A stretch of DNA of 60,595 nucleotides, counting the filler, from Sphacelaria rigidula (lineage: Eukaryota): assembly GCA_964200075.2 (NCBI GenBank). It is 7 parts of 7 records of this genome, joined end to end, with 100 filler letters (N's around TTAATTAATTAA, not from the genome) between each part and the next. Parts side by side here need not be neighbours in the genome. Positions count along the whole stretch, not along the records: positions 34,685 to 43,255 come from CAXNAA020010746.1; positions 43,356 to 51,925 come from CAXNAA020010747.1; 5 more parts are not named here. The stretch is one strand, 5' to 3'. This document shows, piece after piece, positions 35,247-49,578 of this stretch; the first letter of the stretch is position 1; each line of letters opens with the position of its first letter. The position numbers and the translations under genes are program-made. The notes under the pieces are model-generated. The model saw nothing but the letters and a program-made list of their open reading frames with translations, had not been told where the DNA came from and did no database searches.

Positions 35247-38200
35247 CTATATTTCATACAGCATACAGTTCGCGGATGAAAAGTAAAAGGGTGTTGCTCG
35301 TAAACCTGCAGCGCGCCTTTTTCGGGTATTTCGCGCATTTCGGGCATGGCTTGGTTCTACCTGTGGCGCAGCGGTACAGAATGGCCGTTAGACCTACACA
35401 TATGTTTCACCTAGAAGAGCTCAGTTTATGTGATGGGTGAATACGAATTACTGCACGTATGCACGTGTTGGTGGCCCGTAGGTATAGAATTTGTTGGAGC
35501 CAGCTTCTCCCTGCCTACGTGCCTACGGATTGAAGATTGCCATGCATGCCATGAAAAAAACATCGATGAACAACTTGCGACGTATTCCGTTGGTTATTTA
35601 CTGGTGTCGAGCGTGCCAGTGGAAGTAGTGCGTGTGGAGAGAGTGCCACTTAGTCCAAGTGGCCTGCTTTACCTTGACGACTTCTGGTCGCCGTGTAAGT
35701 CTCGGATATAGTGCGGCCATCTGGCACAGGATGCCGGTAGACTTCCGTCAAAACTCCAGCGATCAAATGAATCTGTGTAACGTAACCCTTGAGCAACCGT
35801 GGCCTACCAATGACCAAAAACCATGCCCGCGGATGATTAGTACTAGATGATGGCCAATAATACGGGATGCCACCAGGAAGCATCATGTTCGGTGTGAAAC
35901 TTGGCATGTGCAAGTGTACAGATCACGATACAGTACAGGCTGTAGTTTCAACAGTAGTGCAGTCCCGCTACTGCTTGGGGGAACACTTTACAGACATGCG
36001 AAAATGCTCTAGTGGAGCATTAGGTCACAGCCAAAGGTGACATTCGAATAACAAACTACTACAACCAAATCTTTTTTTTATATATAAACTCAAATTCGGT
36101 GGGAGGACTCTGACCCCCCATCATGTGGACTACCACGTGGTCCAACCACTGAAGCTGACGGGAGCTCACGTATTGAGAAAATAAGGGCATGTTACCGGGC
36201 TCGGAACAAGGATGTCAACTGTTTTAGAACTGTTGGTACGAGTTGACCGCGAGTCAGAAAGATGAAATATATGCAGTGCTAGAAAAACACCGTTGAGGCG
36301 GAATAATTCCCAGTGTCCCTAAAGACTTGGTATCGGGGTCTGGAGAGTGACAATCCATACGATTGTCTGTAGTGGCGCCTCCGGCCCATCACATGCAAGC
36401 AGCAGTCACTGAAGATGATTCCTGGGGAATTTATCTGAGACGGCGACGGAGTCGTGCTGCACTACAAGAAGAATCGTACCATTGCTGTACCGTGCTGAAA
36501 AAAATGAGTATGCAAACAACAGTGCCAGCATTCAGCGTCGCTTCGTTGAGCTTGGCCGTGACGAATCGGAAGGTGCTACAACAGAGGGGGGTGTCACGAC
36601 CGACGGCGGGGGTTGTGATACATGAAGAACACCGTCGCAGTGGGAAGGGGCGATGGAGCACCCGGTGCGAGAACCGAAGAGTTCGACACAGAGTTGGGAA
36701 GGGGTGCAACAAGAACCGGCGCCAAGACCACGAGGTTGACGTCACAGTACAGCGCAGACAGTAGGTCTAAGTCGGCTTACAGCCCAATGATGTTCCAGAC
36801 ACGCTGTGTGGATTTTGCGGTATCATCGAGCATCAACCAAGCGCGTCACACGAAGACCACGCCTGACCAGGAGTCCCAGCAGCTCCCCACAGTACAGAAT
36901 CCCTAGAGGCGAGTCATATTTGCAAGGCTGTGGTACGCCTCAAGTCATCTGTTTGCTGTAGTGTGAGCGGGGCATACGGAAAAATCCGGCCATCGACTTC
37001 GGGCAGCAACAGGCGAACCAAACCTTTCCAAAACGCAAAGAATTTCACCTCGTGAACTACGGTTGCGGGTTATCGCTGGGGCATTAAAAGCTCTTTTGTG
37101 CCTCCATTTCCCTCATCCCTCCGTCAGATGCATTCCACAGTGAGAGCAGGGGGTTGTTTTCGTGGCCCCGAGTGTCATAGCAACAAATGCTGATGTAGCT
37201 ATCATTGGGTACGTCCATCATGCGACCACGGCTGGACATCTGGGGGGTCAGTTAAAGTGCGACAATCAAATCAAATCAAATCAAATCAAAGCTATCGGTG
37301 ACAACAGCAAGATACGTGGTCGAATTATCATTGATGTAAATAAACTCCGACCAGGCTTAGTAGTGGTAAAAGTGCAGACGACAGCAATAAATTTTCACAG
37401 TACAGTAAGTCATAAATTTTCACAGTACAGCCCGCTTCTACCTAGGGTCTTCTTCCACGTCAGATCAAACGGACCGCGACGCGTCCTGGGCATCTCAACC
37501 GCGGGAAACGCCCCATCGCACACTGTAGCGAAACAGGGAGCAGGATCTACGGTCTCACGTGTTAAATCGTTGGCCCCGATATCGCTGTTGGTAAAACATT
37601 CCCGTGATATTACTCAACAGGCTGTGCTGAATGCCCGACTGTATCTCTGCAACAACCTTCGTTGCGCTTCGTGGGCAACACAACGGGGGCACCTAGCAAC
37701 GTATCGCGAGTATCAGGTTATAAACCACCCCGCACATTACCAAGCAACAGGCTAGCGGCTACAGGAGGCAAAAAGATGGATGGACACATCTCCACTTGTA
37801 ATCTATTGGGATACATTCTGAACAATCATCATAGTGTGGTCGAAATAGACGAGCCGCAACCTGTTCCCGCGGCCTTTGGTTGTCTTTTGGAAATGAGTGC
37901 ATGTACTTTGCGCAAGATCATTTGGACCTGAAGCCATGTTGCAGAGGCCGATCATTTCTATTTAATTTTTGCTTTTCCTTCTTCTTTTAATTTCCTTCCT
38001 CTTTTTTCATTTTCTTCTCCGTTTTTGTTCTTTTTTTTTCGTTTTCCTCCGTCCTTCCCTGTTTGTTTGACTTTTTTCTTCTCCCTCAATTTTTTTCTTC
38101 AGTGTACCCTATTGTACTTTTCTGTCTTCCTCACTTTTCTTTAGCGACCATTCCCTTTTTGTTGACATCGGGTACAACTGTCTTGTGACGACGGCTGGAT

Positions 38201-38690
38201 CCATACCTGGGGCATCAGCTAATGTGCGATAATCAATCACTAAATTCACTACTGGCTACTGTAGTTTAACGCCGCACAGTACCGCACCGCAATCTCATGG
38301 CCCCAGGCGGCAAACAGACCGGATGGGCACATCTCCAAAAATTCGTAATCTATCGGGGACAAACACTTTACTGAATACTGCAGTAAGTATTGGCTGTTGC
38401 CTGCATCTCACTCCTCTGCCATGTAGGACTTGGAGAAGTAAATTACTACAGTGCACACAGGACAGGAAATTATTGTCTGTACTGTCTGTACGCTGTTGTC
38501 CTATTATGCCGCCTAGCATCGCAACGCGACCGACTAACAACAACAGACATGCCCCCTCTTTTTACCTCAACTTGTCCGCACACATCAACTGATAACATCA
38601 GCAGCAACCAAACTGTCTAGTGCTGAGTTCACCACAGAACGCGCCGCATCACGGACACACTGAGCATATTATTTTTGGCCTACGCCAGCA

Positions 38691-39007
38691 GTGTTCACCA
38701 CTTGGTCGATTAGAACCTTCCCGGAATTTTACTAATTGATTTGAGTGTAAACACCGATATTCAGATCTTTAGTGGGGCTGACAGCCCCAACTGCCCCTCG
38801 CGTGCGCAGGAGGGGTTTTCGTCGAAATCGGTGCCTGCGGCGCCGTTTCAAGGTCTGCCAACGCCACACTTTGCCTCGGGAATGCCCCACACCCCCCTCG
38901 CCCGAAGATTCTCGGTATGCCTTGGGTTGGGGTAAGGGTTTAGGTTTCAGCGTTATTGTTATTAAAATAATTCCGAGAAATTTCGTCATCGACCAAGTGG
39001 TAAACAC
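38691..39007. mobile_element. ~320-bp MITE-like element
   Basis: gtgttcaccacttggtcgat...ccggaatt versus aattccgaga...atcgaccaagtggtaaacac (imperfect ~45-bp IR); internal gggttgggg-taagggtttaggttt tract. Confidence 0.65.
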
Positions 39008-39442
39008 ACCTCGCCGACGAACTCTCGAAATGTAAGGGGAGGCATAACGAGACCTTGAAACAGGCGGATTTCATTAAATGTGTTGACGAAACCAGCTCTA
39101 TTTTGGGCCTCCGTGCCTTCTCAAACCCTTGGCTGCGAGGTTAGTCCATTTGGATCATGCACACTTGTTTTTTCGAAGGAAAGTGGTGCTACTTCAACAG
39201 ATGACCCGCCATGGCGGTCAAAGGGTTAAGTTCCCGTCCATCGTCCCACGGCACCCTCTCCATTCAAGCATAGATTGGCTGTTGCTTATTACGGTGCACT
39301 TTCGTTCCTGTATTGTGATTGTCGTCCCTGTCGGGGGGATTTCATCCTTTAACATGAATCCCGCTCAGAATATTCGCCCATGTAAGACTACGAGAAAGAG
39401 GCCTGCTGATTCTCAAAGCACGAGGTTCAACACAAACTTCTA

Positions 39443-39535
39443 CACTACTACTACTACTACTACTACTACTTGTACTAAGAAGAAGAAGAAGAAGAATGAC
39501 AACAATAACAAGGACAACAACCACAATAATAATAG
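39443..39535. repeat. Compound trinucleotide microsatellite (CTA)n-(AAG)n-(AAC/AAT)n
   Basis: Seen directly. Confidence 0.9.
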
Positions 39536-41284
39536 AGGAGGTGGCTGCATTCATCACGTCTCCTCCTATGATAGTCGTCTTTGTCGTTGTCGTGGTCGTT
39601 GTTACTGCTGCGCTTCGATGCTTTACGGACGTCCCAGCCGTACATTCCCTCTCTCGCCGTCTTGCTTCACAATGGGTCTGGTGACACGTGTTTCCACAGA
39701 TGATAAGATCTCGTGTCGCTGTGATACATCGCCATAAAATGATCAAACGTTCTTAGGCCCGCTCTAAACGTTGGGGTGCTTTCGAACACTGTCCCTAGGT
39801 TTTTCAACTTTCAATCGGAAACAGGGGAGAACGACAACCGACAGTTTCATCATGATCGTGTTCACACGTGGGACGGCTCATGAGCAACCTAATTCGACTA
39901 GTTGAAGGGGACTCTCAGATCCGTTGTGACAAAACGTAAAATACGTGACAGCCGGGTCCGAGACGCCACAGCGTTACCTTTACACTAATCCGCGTGCTCG
40001 GCGTCTCGCCCTGTAGGTAGCAAATGTGGAAAAAGGGGAGACAAGAACGAGCTAGCTCATTATCCGAATCAGTACACTCGTAAGACGTAATATTTGGGTA
40101 GGTTATCAGCTGTCCGACGGGTGAGCGTGTTGGATTTTTTACATTTCATCTCAACGCGTTACGATAGCCTTGCAGTACCTCACACCGCCATGATCACCCC
40201 GGAGAGCAGCAAGATCACAGATACAGTACACTCCAGTCATGGGTGTGTGCAGTGCGGGGTCAGGCGAGCGCTATACAAGACGAAGTGCTGATTTCGGGCG
40301 GTGGCCGGTTTCCGATCGAAAATGGAAACGTACACACATGAATATGTACTGTATATATATATATATATGGAAACACGTCTCGGAATCGGAAATTTCCCGG
40401 AGAGGGTGACATTTTTTTATCGTTGCGAACGATTCTCGGTAGACAATGCAACGAGCCTATGAACTGAAGCGGTATTTTCAGAAACTCGTTCTCAGTAAGG
40501 ATGCCGCGTGGTCTCCAGGGGACTTTGGGCCCCGGAGGGCTTGTGTGTGGTTACACAATTCACCCGATATTTTCTCTCTCAATCCCACTCCACATAGTTT
40601 TCATCCATGTAGACACTGGGTGGGTCGGTCTCGCAGATTGATTTCCATCTGCCCAGATTCCCCGACCGCCAGCGAACGCTTCCCAAATCAACTATGCGTC
40701 TCTAAAGGTAATTTCTAGGTCATGCAACAGGTCGAAGAGGGCTGGGGCGACCGCTTTAACAGTTCAGATCGGTGGAATGATTCACTAAATTCCTTCACAA
40801 ATCGCCCAGTATCGCCCATCTGGAGGCGAAGCTGTGTTGTACTATTTCACCAGCAACCATAGACACACAATCAAAACGGGGCGTTTTTGCTCCTTGCAGA
40901 CCTTGCCACTTATTTACCCCCCTCATTTTTGTAGAGAGCAGCAGACTGTTGCTGTATAGCACTGAGCAGAGATAAAATTAGCAGTAACATTTGATGCATG
41001 AAAAGTCTACGTCGAAGTAGAACCAATATACCTCTGATTACGTACGTGGGTACCTTTGAACATGTAGCAATTTCTAAACAGGGCTCTCGTTCTCTTGTCT
41101 GCTGTCGTGCGTTGTTCCGCTACGTTTTGCGGTTTAAAAAAAACAGAGTCGCGCCACGTATTCGAGCTCTCATCTGTTCAAGTTGAACAGAGTCTCTTTC
41201 GCAACAACCTGCCGCAGCAGCCGTGCTTAGTTTCAATGAAGTGCCCCAACAACCAACCCAGAAAAAGCACCAACTGTAGGATCA

Positions 41285-41550
41285 AATTTGACTTGGTTCA
41301 CCTACACTCAGTTCGAGTAACTTGCTTCAGCCAGCCTACAAATATGAAGCGACTTCGCTCACCAGTTGTAAGATGGAGACAACGTGACTTGGGGTCACCC
41401 TTACTCAGTTCTAGCAACTTGCCCCTTCTACTTAGACCGAGTAACCTGCCTCAGCTACCATCAAGTCCAGTGACTTGGTACACCTTTTTTCAGTTCAAGT
41501 AACTTGCCGCAGCAAGTCTAAGAACAAGTAAATCGGTTCACCCACTCTTA
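41285..41550 (+). repeat. Degenerate ~90-bp tandem units (tgacttgg..cacc..tcagttc.agtaacttgc)
   Basis: Motif recurs at ~41289, ~41384 and ~41471, with a partial copy at ~41535. Confidence 0.7.
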
Positions 41551-43712
41551 GATCACTTGTTTCGTTTAGAAGTTTTTTGTGCAAATAGGTTCAAATAGGA
41601 AATAGCATGCCCATCCGGCGGGCCAAACACGAGAAAAAGTACTGAGCGTTCGGGATTTTTTTCGCATACCTCAGCCTCTCCTCGAAATTTCAGGTCCTCA
41701 GACCATCACTTGGGCGTTCTTATCGAAGGGGATTCTCCCCTCTGTAAAATTCCCTTCTTGGAAGGGGATTGCCCCCACAACAACCGATTTTGAGTCTTCA
41801 CGAGGAGCAATTTTGTACTGATCGAACCCCAGATCTGCACATAGGTTCAGAAATGCGGCGGGTCTAGAAGTGATCGTTAGTCTGAGGCCTCTGTAATGCT
41901 ACAGACAAGACGCAACAAGGGAACGCAACACCTACACACCCAGCCCCGGAAAAACACGCACAGACACCCGCCACTCACGCGAAGTATTTCTGGCGCTAGC
42001 CTTGCTAATCTATACACGGCAGTCTTTGACGGAAACATGTTCTGTATTGGACGAATGTCGGGCCGCGTGCGTGTCAAAAACAACCGAAAACGTGTCGTCC
42101 CTGACCGTTTGTTGTGTGTGTGCTGTGCACGCGTCCAACACAAATCATCATTTCTCAATGAGTTCTGAACAGATTTGAGCGACACCACGTACACCGTGCT
42201 CGGTTGATGAACAACTACGGCTCGAGCTGTGTGTTTGTGGTTTGCGGGGGCACCGAGTTCCTCAGGTTTAGCTCTGATTGTGTTGGGTTGTGTGGTGAGC
42301 CTTTGCACGTGCCCCTGTTAACGGGACATGTACGTTCTCCTTCGAGGTGTCCGAAATTCCCTTCTGAAAAGGGGATTTCCGGAAATGTTTCTTCACGTCC
42401 TGAAATCCCCCTAGAAAGCGGATTTTGTGACAGGGTGGTATCGCCGCGATCAATCAGCGGTCGTTTTTCAAAATGGAGATTTCGAAAGAGGGGAAATCCC
42501 CTTCAATAATAAGAGCCCTTTCGGACGCTGTTCAAAATCAAAACCCTGGCCGATTTTGATCGTCGTTTTTTCCTCCCGCAATTTTGAACAGAGACAAGAA
42601 GCGTGTCCCTCATGACACAAACTCGGAGTTATACAAATGAAGTTACCTCGTAGCATGGTCCAGGATTTTTGAACCTGTTCAACAGCACCGAGAAAAGATG
42701 CCGCGGCTGCGCATCCGTCACTTGACCTGTTCGACTTTTTCTACAAAAAGCACTGTGTCCCCACCCCAGTTCTGTACAGACTGGAGCACAGCAACAGTAT
42801 AGCAGCTCAGGCGATCTCCCGCGCAGATCAAACCGCCTCCGCAGGGCTCAAACACACGACAGTGCAACGACAACTACAGCATAAAAATGATGGGTCTATG
42901 CACGAAGTCCCTTGTTCGTTGCGAAAGGAGTAACATCCGACACAAGTATCATGATATCTTCAACTTCACAGGACAACAATGCGTGCCGACAAAATATTTT
43001 GTACAGTGCGGTACAGAGCAACAGTCCAGTAGCTCAGGCAATCCCAGCGGAGACCTACCGTCTTCAGATCATAAAAATCTAACTCTTTACGTAGCTTTCA
43101 CAGGTATTGCGAGTTCGATGCAGTTGGTTACCGTGACCACTGGGTGACCACGTTCTCCTGACATCGGAATAATTATTACTTATGGGAAGCTATTTCTCCT
43201 ACTGTTCCGAGCTGCCCACGCGACCACCGTGTGCTGCAGAATGCCTAGGCGCCACNNNNNNNNNNNNNNNNNNNNNNNNNNNNNNNNNNNNNNNNNNNNT
43301 TAATTAATTAANNNNNNNNNNNNNNNNNNNNNNNNNNNNNNNNNNNNNNNNNNNNTACGCGCTGTCGCGGGACGACGCGCGTCCGGTCTGGCGTCCTAGG
43401 CGTAGGGCCCGGGAGGGGGTGCTCTGCACGAGCGGCGGGAAAACACGAAACGCACGAAGGCAAACCGCAAAATACGCACTCAGAACGACCCATACTCAAC
43501 TAACTAACACCACTTGCATCAGAGAGCGAAATAGAGGAAACCACACCATACAATGACAGACCGGCTCACTCCACTTGGTGATGTCAGCTGAAATACCGCA
43601 TCCATGCTCGACTTACTGCTATCCTCACAAACTCCTACACCAAACCGGAAGATCGTAACGCGATATTCCACATCCGGCACAGAGCCGATTTACAGCACAG
43701 TCTACCGCTCAC

Positions 43713-44653
43713 CGCTCTGCCTCACGCCTGGAGGCAATGCCCGTGCGAGCTATCCTTCTAGACAATCGCATCTCCAGCAGGTTCTTGGGGCGAGGTGCCG
43801 TCGCGTAGCCGCCGCTGCCCTCGCCACGACTACCTTCCATGCGACCACCGCTCCTATCTCTGCCTTGCTCAGTAACATCTTCATCCCCGTTGCGTTCGCG
43901 TGGGCCACCATCATCAAAGCCCGGGATGTCACTTTGAGAGTCTGTAGCGTCCCCATCTATATCTGGGACGTCATAATCAATATCTGCGACGTCGTCGTCA
44001 TCAAAACCCACGACGGTGGGTGCATCATCATCTCCATCGTATCCTCCTTCCTTCCCAAGGTAGGTCTCCGGCACCGCATTAGGCCAAACACCCGCCGACA
44101 TGTGCCGCCCTTCCATTCTCTCCTCCACGTCGCCATCGCTGCAGTGATCATCACCATCGTCATCGCCATCATCCAAAGATCCGCTATTCTCAGCCGATTC
44201 CAGGGCTTGCCTGGCCTCTGCTAGCCAACTACTGCTGTCCATTGTCCCCTCAGTGTAACATTTTTCTCCTTCCTCTTCTCCATTCGGCACGTCCACCAAT
44301 GGATACAACGATCGCGACTGCCAATCCTGCATCTGCTGCCCCCCCCCTACCTCCTCCTGCTGTTGAGTGTTCGTCAGTGTGGTGGAGATGGCGCTGGGTG
44401 CTGATGCGAGGGTTGGCGGTACCGTTGCTGTTGCTTCTGTCGAGGTGGCGCTTCTTGCGCCAGTGTGCCCGACATGACGTCGTGGCTGCCGAAGAGACAA
44501 TAAGCTAGCCCCGGGCGTGTTGCCGCTACCGCTGTTATTCGTGATGGTGGGAGCGGCACATGGGAAGCGTCGAGCAGACAGTGTTGTCCTAAAGCACGAT
44601 GATGACGCTGCCGAAGATAGCGATGGCCGGAGTTGCCGTGCCGCGGACAGCAT
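43713..44653 (-). CDS. First exon of an organelle-targeted S4-domain protein, likely an RsuA/RluB-family rRNA pseudouridine synthase
   Basis: ATG start; R/S/L-rich presequence (MLSAARQLRPSLSSAASS); long acidic linker; then MRLSRRIARTGIASRREAE(R)|gtgag, the S4 N-terminus typical of RluB/RsuA. The catalytic domain is not in this contig. Confidence 0.75.
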
Positions 44654-44795
44654 CTGTATGGTTTTGTGTCTGTCGGTGTATTCCAGGGGAGAGTAAGCCG
44701 TGGGAAAAAATCAAATCATTCAGACATTCGACAATTCAGAGCAAGAGAGAAGGTAAGGAGGAGAGAAGGCGCGTGCGTGCGTGGGGCGCGCGTGC

Positions 44796-45130
44796 GGGGG
44801 GGTACTCATGATCTTGCATGCCATAGTTATATGACCATTGACCTCGCATCCCTGCGAAGCCGGGACGGAGCACGCTGGGTTTTCGCCGGACCAGGCTCGC
44901 AACCAATCACCAAGCGCGAAACGCCGTGATATGTTAGTCGCATGGAGGGTGAGCTGCATCCTACTAAAATTGTTCGGCCCGAAGCGTACTGATATCTTGC
45001 ATGCGGATGACAGCCTTCAGTAAGTTGCTTGATTCTTTGGTATCGCCACTGCCAGAGACAACCATGGCTTACACATTGTCTCATAGGTGTCTCACCATCT
45101 AAAGGCTACGTGGTATGACCATCCCCTTTG
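44796..45130 (-). mobile_element. LINE 3' fragment, second subfamily (…GCEVNGHITMACKIMST + poly(C))
   Basis: Colinear match to 49579-49925; terminal segment homologous to the ...GCVVNGQMTKASNK family. Confidence 0.7.
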
Positions 45131-45297
45131 CGCGGAATTGAGAATCTCCCACCCCGCACAATATGATCTAGCTCGCCCACCATCACGGCTACCGCAAAAA
45201 GAGGCAAGCGCGCACAAAAAATTGGCAATCTGGTTGCCTAGCTTACGCAGAGAGTGGCGTGCTTTACAGCACCATTGCCAACCGACGCCAACCCCAA

Positions 45298-45379
45298 AGG
45301 GGGGCGAGGGGGGGGAGCGCACTCATTTGTTGCTTGCCTTAGTCGTTTGACCATTGACCACGCATCCCTTTCGAGACGG
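45298..45379 (-). mobile_element. LINE 3' end with a C-rich tail
   Basis: Reverse complement of the 34685-34768 motif. Confidence 0.75.
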
Positions 45380-45432
45380 NNNNNNNNNNGGCGGTCGGTG
45401 GGGGGGGGGGGAGGGGGGGTGCGCGGCGCGCG

Positions 45433-45471
<39 letters not shown>

Positions 45472-48400
45472 CCGCCCACTGCTCTCGTTCCTACCCGTCG
45501 TTCTGTAAGGCGGTGGGGGTTGCGGCGTTATGTTGAGAACCAATTCCCAGAGATGAACCAAACTTCAAATTTTGGACGATGGTGGAGACGAAGACAATCT
45601 ACTTGAACAGAGATCGCTGCGTCTCCAAGGGGACCGATGGATCTATCCCTTTCCAGGTTTGAGTTCTGACGCATATGCACATACTTCGACCACCTGTGGG
45701 AAGTGGAAATACGGTGCGGATGGAGAGATGCCCGTTCTAGTGAGGACCACGTGGACGCGACACGGACGTTGCATTTCAAAACGGTGTGTCAGCCAGCCAC
45801 GTTGGCGCTCGTTTCACGGTTTCTGTCTGCATCCTCAAATTCGGTCTGATCATAGTCTGGGTCTGTTCTACCGCTTCGTCGCGACGAATGTTTGTTTATA
45901 CACAGAAAACTCACATTGAACCCGAACCCGAACCCGAACCCGTACCGCACGCAAACAGAGAACCCCCTGAGTGCGGCGGGTTCACGCAAAGGACATGATC
46001 CAAGCATACAGCGCCATTTTATTTTCAAAACATGAACGGCATAACAAGATGCAGTAGGCCAAAACACGTGCGGGCTTCCAAGGGTAACGGCTTGGAGCAC
46101 TGACCTTCGGACATGGAAAAATCATGAGATACTTACAAACGAAAGTTGGGTCATGTGTTGTGCAAACGCAGATAGATAGCCGTACTGTAACCCTATCCTG
46201 TGCCATGACGCAGCAGGGTCTACTGGATACAGCTGGGGTTAGTTCAGGTGTTTTGAACCCTGAGCCTGGTTTGCAAGGTCTCCAGGTTGTCTACATGCAG
46301 ACAGTACATTAACTTCTTTCTTATTATGGCTGTGCCGTTTTGTGCTCCTCCTCATGCGGCGGTTTCGCCTCTCAACGACAGTACAGTACTCCGTATTTCG
46401 GTACATACGGAGGCCAGGAAAACTTGATTTGCCAGAGGCTTAGCAATATTGTACAGGGGAGGTTTGCGTTCATCCCGATAGACATGCTGTCCTCGCCTGC
46501 ATTGCGTTTGGCGTTTGGGACGGTGAACTCTTTACATTTTTCACCATTCCAATTTTAAAGTTTTGAATTGGCGGTGCTGCTCATGATATGTTTTTTTTTT
46601 GTTTTTTACCACCCGTTCGCGGAGACAAGCACAACCTGTATCGTTCGAGTACTTCTGAAGACAGAGAGGACCTGGGGGTGCAACGCCTAGTTGAAGTTAC
46701 ATAAAACCGATAAAACATCTGACTACTCCTGCTTATAGTTTCTAGAGTGCTTTGAAGACAGTACAGAGTACAATACAGTGTGCCTCGTGTCTCGTACTAG
46801 TAGAGCCAGCGCAGCCGTGTGTCCAGTAATAGTTCAGGATACATCAGCCACTGAGCCTACACCTCAGCACGAATAACTACACGTAAAAAATTGACGGATA
46901 CATACGTGAGTCTCCACGAGTTTCGCCCCTCTCTACTATCCTCCCTGCTGTGAAAGAAACGGCAGCGGAGCGGCTGCGGATTGCATGGCCCCACACACCG
47001 TGAAGTATCGCGTAACAGCTGTCATAGTTTATCCAATGGAAAATGACACGATGACGTATCGATCGTCTCTTTCACGCGACAGCTGAATAGCACTTGTTGT
47101 TCGCCAGAGGGAGAGGTGTTCATCCGCGAGCTCAGGAGCATACCAGCATAATCTAACGAGCGGCTCTGTAGGATATCTACAACAGAAACTGAGGTAGGTG
47201 GAAGAAGAGAGTTGGTGCTTGCCGTCGCTTGCGGTCATCTGGAAAAATCACCACACTTGCACTCTCAACGGTTCCGACCTTTTTGTCACTTTCGCACCGA
47301 CGTACTTTCAGCTCACCTATGCTGTGCTCAGGTCTCTAGGCTACTATACATCGGCAGCGGCGTTGTAGCACTGCTGTTGGCGAGCAGTACACAGACGATG
47401 AGGCACTAGATAAGACATTACAAGCATGGGGTGCAGTGGGTGTCGTGTAGAAGATTATCAAGATCAGTATTGTATCGCTTAGTAGTGTCTGCGAAACGGT
47501 TAGACGGGGTGTAGTTTTATGTAGAAAGTCAACAGAAATCAACCGGGAGAGCGGGTATCGGGCCGACTGCTCAACCTAAATATTGCTCGTGGCACCCTAC
47601 CAAACCAAGCACACAGTACAAGCTGTAGAACTTGTCCCACCCTTTGCTGTGAAACGTAAACTATAACTCTCTAGCATTCGAAAGTCAACTCACGTCAAGA
47701 CAGCTTGGGTTACAACCGTGATCTCTGAAGTGCTCGGGTCCCAAATTCGCCGGCACAGTCCAGACAGTGCAGCGTCTGGTCTGCACAAGGAAGACGAGAC
47801 AGGCCCGCGCAGCTCGAAGACCCCACGCAAACGGCTTGTATTCCAATCGCACTTCTTCGCGTCTGAGCCTGCCCGAGGGTCACACACAAGAATAATCATC
47901 CGAGGCTTGTCTTCTAAAAGAATCACGTTGTGGTTTTGTAGGGGGTCTTGTGGACGACGCGTATGGCGCTATTGCCCCCAAAATAATCGAGAACGTAATT
48001 CAACTACAGTACTACTAGCCGACACACGAGACAGTCGAGTACACCTGAGGGAAGATGCGATTTCGCGCGTCGAGAGTGCCGCTGGAGGGGCCCCACTTTT
48101 CACGTTTTTGCACAAAGAGGTTCACCATTCAAACGGGAGAAGTAGGCGAGTAGATTTCTCCTCAAGACCGTGTGTCGGTGCTTTTCTGCGAGACGCGGGA
48201 CGCACTTCATTTATTTTGCCGTTCAAGTGCTCTGCTCTCCAGCATGACTGGTATACTCAACATGTCGTCCTGATCATCACATTTACCGTAGGTACAGTTG
48301 TGGCGCATTCCGGCGCTATTCTACACCCACGCGATATGTTGTGGCAAAGTTCGCCTTGCATGCAGCAGGGTTGCAAGTGTGAGCTGCGTCGTCGAAGGTG

Positions 48401-49578
48401 CGCAGGCACCCCCCCCCCCTGCGTTGATTTAGTCGAGCTAACGGTGACCCTGCGGTGTGCGCACCTACCGGTACTCCCCCCATATATTTACAAGCTAGAT
48501 GCAACCAGCAGAGTATCAAAGTTTTTTCCTGTGTGGGCGGCGACGAAGACACCACTTGAGGGCCAGGATTTTCTACTGCGCTTGTGATTATTCAACTTCA
48601 AGACCGCGAACATCGCCTCAGAACAGTTTCTTATGCTGACAGTCCAAGTACACGGGGGTTTCCAGCGGGCGGGAGGATGGTTTTTGAGGGGAGAGGAGCC
48701 CTTGTTCCCAGATCAACCGAGCTTGCGAAACCAAGCGTGCGTTTTCGGGAGTTTCCGTAGGAAAAATCTAACCCAGGAACCGGAGGGAGTGACCATTTTG
48801 GTGGTGCTGATTGGTCAGTTTGATCATGCATGTTTTAATATCCTTGTTTCCGCGCCTTCTTAATCTAAAATCTGCTACCGCCCCCCATGTTTCCATAGGT
48901 AGCTTTAGCTGCCCTTTCCAACCGATAGCAGAGGGTTTCCTCGGGAATGGACTCACACTCTCGGAACGTTCTCTGGGTTCCCCTCTCTTGACACCACCGT
49001 TTCGGTGTAGCAACCCTAAATACCCGCCACCAGTCCGGTGTAAAGTACCCCACAGGATCCCTTCTTTGCGGTGTAGCCGTATTTTACCATTTTGGGTAAC
49101 GACCACTCAGCCATCGAGGAGCACGAGCACAGGAGGTTTTTATCGCTCTGTGCGCAGTCTTTGCGCCTTCCCTGCCCCCTATGTTCTGTCGAAATAGCTG
49201 CGCACTGTCTGTCGTGTTGCGGAACTCTAAGCAGATATCATGTACATGTGTAGGTAGTCGGGTGCAGTCGAGAAGGGTGGTGTGCAGATTGTTTCATGAC
49301 GTTGTATTTGGCCGCCTATGAAAAATGTTTGCATGTATGATATAGTTGAACAGCGACAACACCACCATCACCATCAGCAGCAGCACAAGCAGTAGGGATA
49401 GTACAAAGCGTATGGACAGTTGTTTTTGTGTTGTAACTCGAGATCGGCCTGGGGTTCTCCAGGTAAATTTCTGTACAGGTGCTCAACATGCACATGGTCA
49501 TTTAAACAGGCGTTTTTCTCCTGAAGAGAGACAATTGTTCTGGACTCAAAATGTGCAAAATGTGTCCTGAGACGACCT

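Noticed and set aside
39129-39746. ORFs with poly-T/K/N or poly-S/L/V runs
   Set aside because: Kept open by trinucleotide microsatellites; no domain or convincing splice context.
41079-42519. Putative hAT TIR pair (cagggctct / aagagccct) around gaaggggatt-type repeats
   Set aside because: The match is only ~8-9 bp with no TSD; insufficient.
43604-44224. 206-aa + strand ORF
   Set aside because: Antisense shadow of the real minus-strand exon.
47000-48587. 289-aa + ORF and faint gag-like traces on the minus strand
   Set aside because: The ORF has no recognisable homology; the gag similarity (PTEPLVRL..APEL) is too weak to call.
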